Source: Gordius albopunctatus (taxonomy: Eukaryota). Taken from it: 64,000 nucleotides of DNA. The DNA is taken from contig OZ193910.1 of NCBI GenBank assembly GCA_964276515.1, positions 2,976,001 to 3,040,000 of the forward strand. The letters run 5' to 3'. The notes beneath the pieces are model-generated. The model worked only from the letters and a program-made list of their open reading frames with translations. It made no database searches and was not told the origin of the DNA. A program made the position numbers and the translations under genes. Below, one piece after another: positions 63,895 to 64,000 of this stretch. Position 1 is the first letter of the stretch. Each line of letters opens with the position of its first letter.

Positions 63895-64000
63895 TAGAGC
63901 CCTGCAAAAATACCACATTTTTTTACAAATGGCTTTTAAAATCCGCAAATTTTCACAAATTTCTCAAACTTCTTATATGACTGGTTTTTTTAATATTATT
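63895..64000 (+). mobile_element. Start of another TAGAGCCCTGCA-family hAT MITE (runs off the window)
   Basis: Exact 12-bp TIR TAGAGCCCTGCA at 63895. Confidence 0.6.

Overview
AT-rich animal (invertebrate-like) genomic DNA with spliceosomal introns. It holds four intact-looking host genes, all on the minus strand: TMEM26, CNOT7/8 (CAF1/Pop2 deadenylase), a BED-finger/coiled-coil gene and a very large multi-C2H2 zinc-finger gene whose 5' end is missing. There is one apparently intact U5 snRNA gene (39324-39434, minus) and dense transposon debris (hAT MITEs, Helitron, RTE, Gypsy). The main observation lies in the 12.6-kb fourth intron of CNOT7. A Utopia-like (R2/NeSL-group, RLE-type) non-LTR retrotransposon, a family known for targeting U2 snRNA genes, is inserted exactly at the 3' edge of the invariant loop 1 of a U5 snRNA copy (GCCTTTTAC^TAAA). 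This U5::retroelement unit occurs as two inverted copies inside an 11.1-kb element with CAC...GTG ends and a TTA duplication (Chapaev3-like), which also carries a probable captured host exon. The two copies probably derive from one insertion, so U5 specificity rests on a single event until checked genome-wide.
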